A stretch of 63,657 nt of DNA, filler included, from Sphaeroforma arctica JP610 (lineage: Eukaryota): NCBI RefSeq assembly GCF_001186125.1. It is 6 parts of 2 records of this genome, joined end to end, with 100 filler letters (N's around TTAATTAATTAA, not from the genome) between each part and the next. Parts side by side here need not be neighbours in the genome. Positions count along the whole stretch, not along the records: positions 56,889 to 63,657 come from NW_014040556.1; 5 more parts are not named here. One strand, given 5' to 3'. Below, piece after piece: positions 59,416 through 63,657 of this stretch (position 1 is the first letter of the stretch; each line of letters opens with the position of its first letter). The position numbers and the translations under genes are program-made. The notes below the pieces were generated by a model. The model made no database searches and was not told where the DNA came from. It saw only the letters and a list, made by a program, of their open reading frames with translations.

Positions 59416-60999
59416 ATGTACTTTTCCGGCGAAAACTCCATCTGTGGCACTATAGACGAGGACAATACGCTGTTCAAGATCTCCAAGCGGCTCACGTTCG
59501 ATGCGCATCACGAGTTCGCCGCCCTCGACTATGTGTGGTCCACGCTGCCGATCCAGTGGTGGAGCATCAAGCCGCTCGAGGTGCGAGCCCTCGGTGTCAA
59601 TGGCGACGTGTTTGGCGAGCTCGTCGACCGCCTCGACGAGCCCGAGGCCCTCGAGGACGACACGGACGACCTGTTTGACATTGACGTCGACAAGCTCATG
59701 GTCGACATGCTCTGTGTCGAGCGCGTCGCCCGTGTCGAGAACGCGATCCATGCGTCGGCGTACATCGCCATCCCGGGCTACGCCGCCCAGCTCCTTGGCG
59801 GGTTTCACAACCTCATGGCCAACCGTGTCACACACTACGACGCGCACAGCGAAAACGTCATCACGTCGCGGTGCTCGGAGGACCTGGTCTTTGTGTACGA
59901 GCCGCTCAAGCTGGCCATCCCTACCCTCGGGTCGTGCAACCACATTATCGACTTTGCGACCTGCTACACGCCCTCTGTGGACACGGCCTATTTTACCAGT
60001 CCCCTGGTGTTTGTCAACAGCAACTATTTAACCTACCGATACGACGCCCTGACCGATCTGCGGACCAGCATGATCCAGCTGGTGACGGACCTGGCCGACC
60101 GCGTGCAGGCGCAGCCGCTGTCGCCGCTGTTTGAATCCGACTACCAGCGCATGGTGGCGCTGTACAAGGAGCTCGTGGCCCTCAACCGGCAGTGGGACGT
60201 TTTCCACTTGGAGCGACACAGCGGCCGCATTGAGACGGGCTTGGCCAGCAAGGAGGAGTACGTGGAGCTCCTGCTGAAGGAGGACAACTCTGAGATGATG
60301 CACGTAATACAGCAGCTGGTGAATCTGCTGCAGTCGCACATCCCGAACCGCGAGTACAGTGCGTGGGCGGCGCTGTACAACGCCAAGACCAGGAGCCAGG
60401 TCGCCGAGACCGTGAACGCCGTCGCCGACGCGCTGAAGCCGTTTGTCGACGAGTGCCACGACCGCCTCTCGCAGACGTACTTCTGCCGCACGCTCGTAAA
60501 GAACCTCACGGGGCGCGAGGGCGACGAGAACACAACCAGGGCCCGCGACCGCTTCGAGTCGCTCGTGATGCTCGAGTTTGGCACCTTCCGGAGCATCGAC
60601 GAGATCCCCAAGCTGGACTTTGCGCGGCTCCACGGGCTGCTGGGAGACTTTGTGGAGATTGTGGAGTTCCTGCTGGCCCGCGAGATCGTGGAGAACGAGC
60701 GCGTGTACGACAATGTGCGGCAGCAGCTGGGCTCGGACCCGCAGGCCATCTATGAGCAGTACGCAGCCGTCATCGCCAAGTACATCTACGTCCCGCCGAC
60801 CAATATCTACACCAAGTTCTGCTTTAGCAGCAACCCACACCACATCATCGCGGTACCCAATACCAACAAGGAGCTCCTGGCGGCCCTCAACGAGCCCGCA
60901 ATGACAGCCGAGAAGTACTACGCCACCCTGATGGCCAGCAAGAACCAGCTGGTCCCCATTGAGTCGAGCGCCGAGTACGCCATGTCGCTGTTCCCGTAA
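59416..60999 (+). CDS. Divergent Ser/Thr protein kinase, iridovirus/NCLDV type
   Basis: LFKIS...HE (Lys/Glu pair), THYDAHSENV (catalytic loop), IPTLG...HIIDFATCY (DFG equivalent), RYDALTD. Confidence 0.8.
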   Translation: MYFSGENSICGTIDEDNTLFKISKRLTFDAHHEFAALDYVWSTLPIQWWSIKPLEVRALGVNGDVFGELVDRLDEPEALEDDTDDLFDIDVDKLMVDMLCVERVARVENAIHASAYIAIPGYAAQLLGGFHNLMANRVTHYDAHSENVITSRCSEDLVFVYEPLKLAIPTLGSCNHIIDFATCYTPSVDTAYFTSPLVFVNSNYLTYRYDALTDLRTSMIQLVTDLADRVQAQPLSPLFESDYQRMVALYKELVALNRQWDVFHLERHSGRIETGLASKEEYVELLLKEDNSEMMHVIQQLVNLLQSHIPNREYSAWAALYNAKTRSQVAETVNAVADALKPFVDECHDRLSQTYFCRTLVKNLTGREGDENTTRARDRFESLVMLEFGTFRSIDEIPKLDFARLHGLLGDFVEIVEFLLAREIVENERVYDNVRQQLGSDPQAIYEQYAAVIAKYIYVPPTNIYTKFCFSSNPHHIIAVPNTNKELLAALNEPAMTAEKYYATLMASKNQLVPIESSAEYAMSLFP

Positions 61000-61003
61000 T
61001 CCC

Positions 61004-61477
61004 TTAGTGTCTGCCGCCTTGGCGGTCTACGAACCGCTCGTACGTCGCGTTGACGCGTTCCCGCTCCCTGGTGATTTCCTGGAACAGGCGTGCAATGGTC
61101 TTTTCGTTCGACCGGTACTCGTGCTCCAGCTCCTTGATGGTACCGCGGATCTGGGCTAGCGGCGCGCCCTCTTCTTCGCGCAGGTTCTGCACGAGTCCAA
61201 AGTACAGGCGCTCGCTCCGGTAGCGATACAGGTCTCGCATGACACTGGTCGCCTGGCGGATATCGCTGATGTCCCGGGGCTGCTTGGGCGGCGGCTCGTT
61301 GGGGTTGCCAGCCTTGGCGGTCCACTCCGAGATGAGGGTCCGCATAACAGCCTCGTCCATGGCCGCGTTTGTGAAACTAGTGGTTGCCGCCTTGAGCTCC
61401 TGCTGCAGCGCCTCGTTGCGTTCCGTCAGCTCGCGGTGGGCGTCGATTTTCTCCTGCAGGGGTTCAACTGCACTCAT
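61004..61477 (-). CDS. Hypothetical coiled-coil protein (157 aa)
   Basis: ATG after an A-rich leader; convergent with the kinase, stops 4 bp apart; heptad-like E/K/R/L content. Confidence 0.75.
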   Translation of the reverse strand: MSAVEPLQEKIDAHRELTERNEALQQELKAATTSFTNAAMDEAVMRTLISEWTAKAGNPNEPPPKQPRDISDIRQATSVMRDLYRYRSERLYFGLVQNLREEEGAPLAQIRGTIKELEHEYRSNEKTIARLFQEITRERERVNATYERFVDRQGGRH

Positions 61478-61550
61478 TGCTGCTATTTTTTATCTAGGGA
61501 AAAAAAAAGATACTAAAGACAAAAAATAAACGTTGTAAAATAAAAAAACA
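61478..61550. promoter_or_regulatory. Putative bidirectional A-rich viral promoter
   Basis: 73-bp AT-rich spacer between divergent ATGs containing AAAATAAA; similar tracts at 57920-57950, 57720-57740 (minus), 63095-63145 and 63587-63600. Confidence 0.45.
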
Positions 61551-63032
61551 ATGGTTCTTGAGGACTTGGAGAGCCTCACAATGGACACCGAGGCCAACAC
61601 AACGGTGGACCCCGCGTACATTGAAGAGGAGTTTCCTGAAGGCGTTGACCTGCTGGTGTACACCAGACATGTACACCGGCGGGCCGAGGTCATTGCCCGT
61701 CTGCTGGGAACGCATCTCGGGAACCCGTCCGCGCTCGGGGTCAAGCGCAACGTGCTGATAATCACGGACGCAGAGTTCAAGAACGCGCTCGACCTGCAGC
61801 GGGCGTCGATCCCCACTATCGATCAGCGCAGGTACCGGGTCATCTCGTCGCCGGCTCTGCGGGCCAACACCATCAGCAAGGACTGGGTCGAGGGGTTCAT
61901 CTACAACCACGACACGCTGGTTGTAGTCGACGATGCAGTCAACAACTGCAACCAGAAGAACATGCCCAAGATCCTGGCATTCTACCGGACCACGCACGCG
62001 ACCACGGCGAGCACGCTGGTGCGGTTTGCCATCATCAACCACACTCGCGATACCGCGAGGGCGTGCTTCTCGCATATCCCAAACATTAAGAGTCTCGAGA
62101 AGCCGTACAATCCCCGGAACAGCACAGTGGCCAGCAACACCGTCGTCCAGCTGCGGGTGGGCGATTCGGTGCTGGAGCACGTTCTGCGCAACCTGGCGCT
62201 GCTGTACGCCTTTCTGTCGAGACGCGACCCGACGCTTCTCAGACAGGTCGCATTGATCCACGCGGGCATTATCTTCTCCGAGGCCATGGCCAAGAGCGCC
62301 ATGGCCACGCTGCTCGACACCTGGGACGAGCTACATCCAATGCAGTCTGCGATTCCCGGGAAGGACCTCACTATGCGCGTATCGCCAGACACTCCTAGTA
62401 TAACCATTGACACGCTGGTAGAAGTCGAGTACGCTGTGCAGGTCGCACATACTCTAAAGGCCATAGACCGGGGCCTGAGGCAGTGGTTTGCGGCCGACCG
62501 GGCGGGGCGCCGGCGGGATGTCAGGGCGGAGGTCGTCAAGGCGGTCGCCGATATTTTAGACGCGTACCGATTTGAGGGGATCGCGGTGATTGTCCACGAA
62601 ATCCCGCAGGACCAGCTCGAGGACGTGTGTGCCCTTGGCAGCGGCGGCGTGGTGGGCCGGGAGCGGCTTGCCCAGCTCGAGTGCGTTGCCGCCGCGAACG
62701 GGTATATCGAACGCCAGTCGACGGACAGGCGGTTCAAGGCGGCCATCGACCTGTTCCCGGCGCTTACGCGAGACCCGACTACGCTGCGGGTGCTGAGTGA
62801 CACGACGGCCGAGACCTTTAACACGTACGCCTTTGACCTGTCGATCACGCACCCGGCGAACTTCCCACAGGACGACTTGTCTCAGACAAACCGCGATGGC
62901 ACAATAGAGAGCCACCTGTCCAGCCTCATGCGGCTGAAGCCCAGCGCCAACATGTATACGTACAGGTCTGCGCCCGAGCACGGGCTTTGGCTGGCGAATA
63001 GGGGTTCGGAGAATGCGCTGCGAACGGCGTAA
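61551..63032 (+). CDS. Hypothetical protein (493 aa) with a degenerate SF2-helicase-like N-terminal domain
   Basis: Intronless ORF after AAAATAAAAAAACA; LLVY..., NVLIIT, DTLVVVDDAVN (Walker B-like), FAIINHT. No Walker A. Confidence 0.7.
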   Translation: MVLEDLESLTMDTEANTTVDPAYIEEEFPEGVDLLVYTRHVHRRAEVIARLLGTHLGNPSALGVKRNVLIITDAEFKNALDLQRASIPTIDQRRYRVISSPALRANTISKDWVEGFIYNHDTLVVVDDAVNNCNQKNMPKILAFYRTTHATTASTLVRFAIINHTRDTARACFSHIPNIKSLEKPYNPRNSTVASNTVVQLRVGDSVLEHVLRNLALLYAFLSRRDPTLLRQVALIHAGIIFSEAMAKSAMATLLDTWDELHPMQSAIPGKDLTMRVSPDTPSITIDTLVEVEYAVQVAHTLKAIDRGLRQWFAADRAGRRRDVRAEVVKAVADILDAYRFEGIAVIVHEIPQDQLEDVCALGSGGVVGRERLAQLECVAAANGYIERQSTDRRFKAAIDLFPALTRDPTTLRVLSDTTAETFNTYAFDLSITHPANFPQDDLSQTNRDGTIESHLSSLMRLKPSANMYTYRSAPEHGLWLANRGSENALRTA

Positions 63033-63145
63033 ACGAGAAAAAATGTCTCGGCCAAATGTACAGAATACGTTATGCGGTGTGCAAAAAAAGTTTTCCAAAA
63101 AGTAAATAAAACAGCCACTCGCCCTCAAATTAAAAAACAAATCCC

Positions 63146-63556
63146 ATGACCTGCTGTGGAACCCCCTCCATCGGGCACCCCGGCCACCGCCCTGGCCACG
63201 GCCGCCCCGGTCCCCACTGCCCCCCGGGCCAACTACCCAGCGACGAGGACTGTGGCAACTTCATAGTAATTAAAGCTCCGATTTGCCCTACTCCCTGCCC
63301 GACATCTTGCCCTACGCGACCGCCAAAGGTCAACTACTTTCTGCTCAAGTCTGTGTGCACCGAACCGCCAACCCCGCCTCCATGTCCTCCACCTCCCTGC
63401 ACTAGCAATGTGACGTTCATGGACATGAACGGCAACTCGATCCCCAACGCAAACTCGGCGCAATTCCTGTTTGTGAACAATGGCCAGCCGTCGTACAGCT
63501 ATAACAAATGCCAACGCCCCTGTGATGGATACGCCAAGTTCCTGCAGTACAGATAA
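63146..63556 (+). CDS. Small Cys/Pro-rich protein (136 aa)
   Basis: ORF bounded by A/T-rich spacers; MTCCG start, PGH repeats, CP repeats. Confidence 0.7.
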   Translation: MTCCGTPSIGHPGHRPGHGRPGPHCPPGQLPSDEDCGNFIVIKAPICPTPCPTSCPTRPPKVNYFLLKSVCTEPPTPPPCPPPPCTSNVTFMDMNGNSIPNANSAQFLFVNNGQPSYSYNKCQRPCDGYAKFLQYR

Positions 63557-63657
63557 TTTCGTGAAATTGTTTTATTTTTTATTGACAAAAAATAAAATTA
63601 CGCCGCCGCCATCTGACAGGGCCCTGTGAGCTGGAGCCTGCTAGACCCCGCTTGCCA

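Larger units (their letters stand above)
56889..63657. mobile_element. Large DNA virus (Nucleocytoviricota-like) segment; endogenous element or co-assembled viral contig
   Basis: Six closely packed intronless ORFs, high GC and CpG, short A-rich spacers, virus-type kinase and fibre protein. No capsid or polymerase hallmark gene in the window. Confidence 0.75.

Noticed and set aside
58138..63140. Many overlapping antisense and alternate-frame ORFs in the viral block
   Set aside because: Expected shadows of GC3-rich genes; they lack A-rich leaders.

Overview
Eukaryotic genomic window: spliceosomal GT-AG introns, (TA)n/(CA)n microsatellites and LTR retroelements. The gene and intron style suggests a unicellular opisthokont such as an ichthyosporean, but that is inference only. 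The window is a concatenation of six segments joined by artificial 100-bp N44-TTAATTAATTAA-N44 spacers. Host content: a 12-exon 6-phosphofructo-2-kinase/fructose-2,6-bisphosphatase (minus), a 5-exon LSM14/Scd6 (plus), a multi-exon Na+/H+ exchanger (minus), fragments of three further intron-containing genes, and a ~17-kb cluster of degenerate or nested Ty3/Gypsy and Ty1/Copia elements. The last segment (56889-63657) is different in kind: intronless, gene-dense, GC-rich ORFs separated by short A-rich spacers. It encodes a fibre protein with a peptidase-S74-like chaperone, an iridovirus-type Ser/Thr kinase, a probably inactivated SF2-helicase derivative and ORFans, which points to a nucleocytoplasmic large DNA virus fragment (endogenous or co-assembled; linkage to host DNA is not shown). 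Other notable items: a 64-bp array that duplicates an exon end plus splice donor into in-frame mini-exon units, a 197-bp intronic foldback, and an intronic array of ~75-bp hairpin units. All homology calls come from motif recognition by eye; no searches were run.
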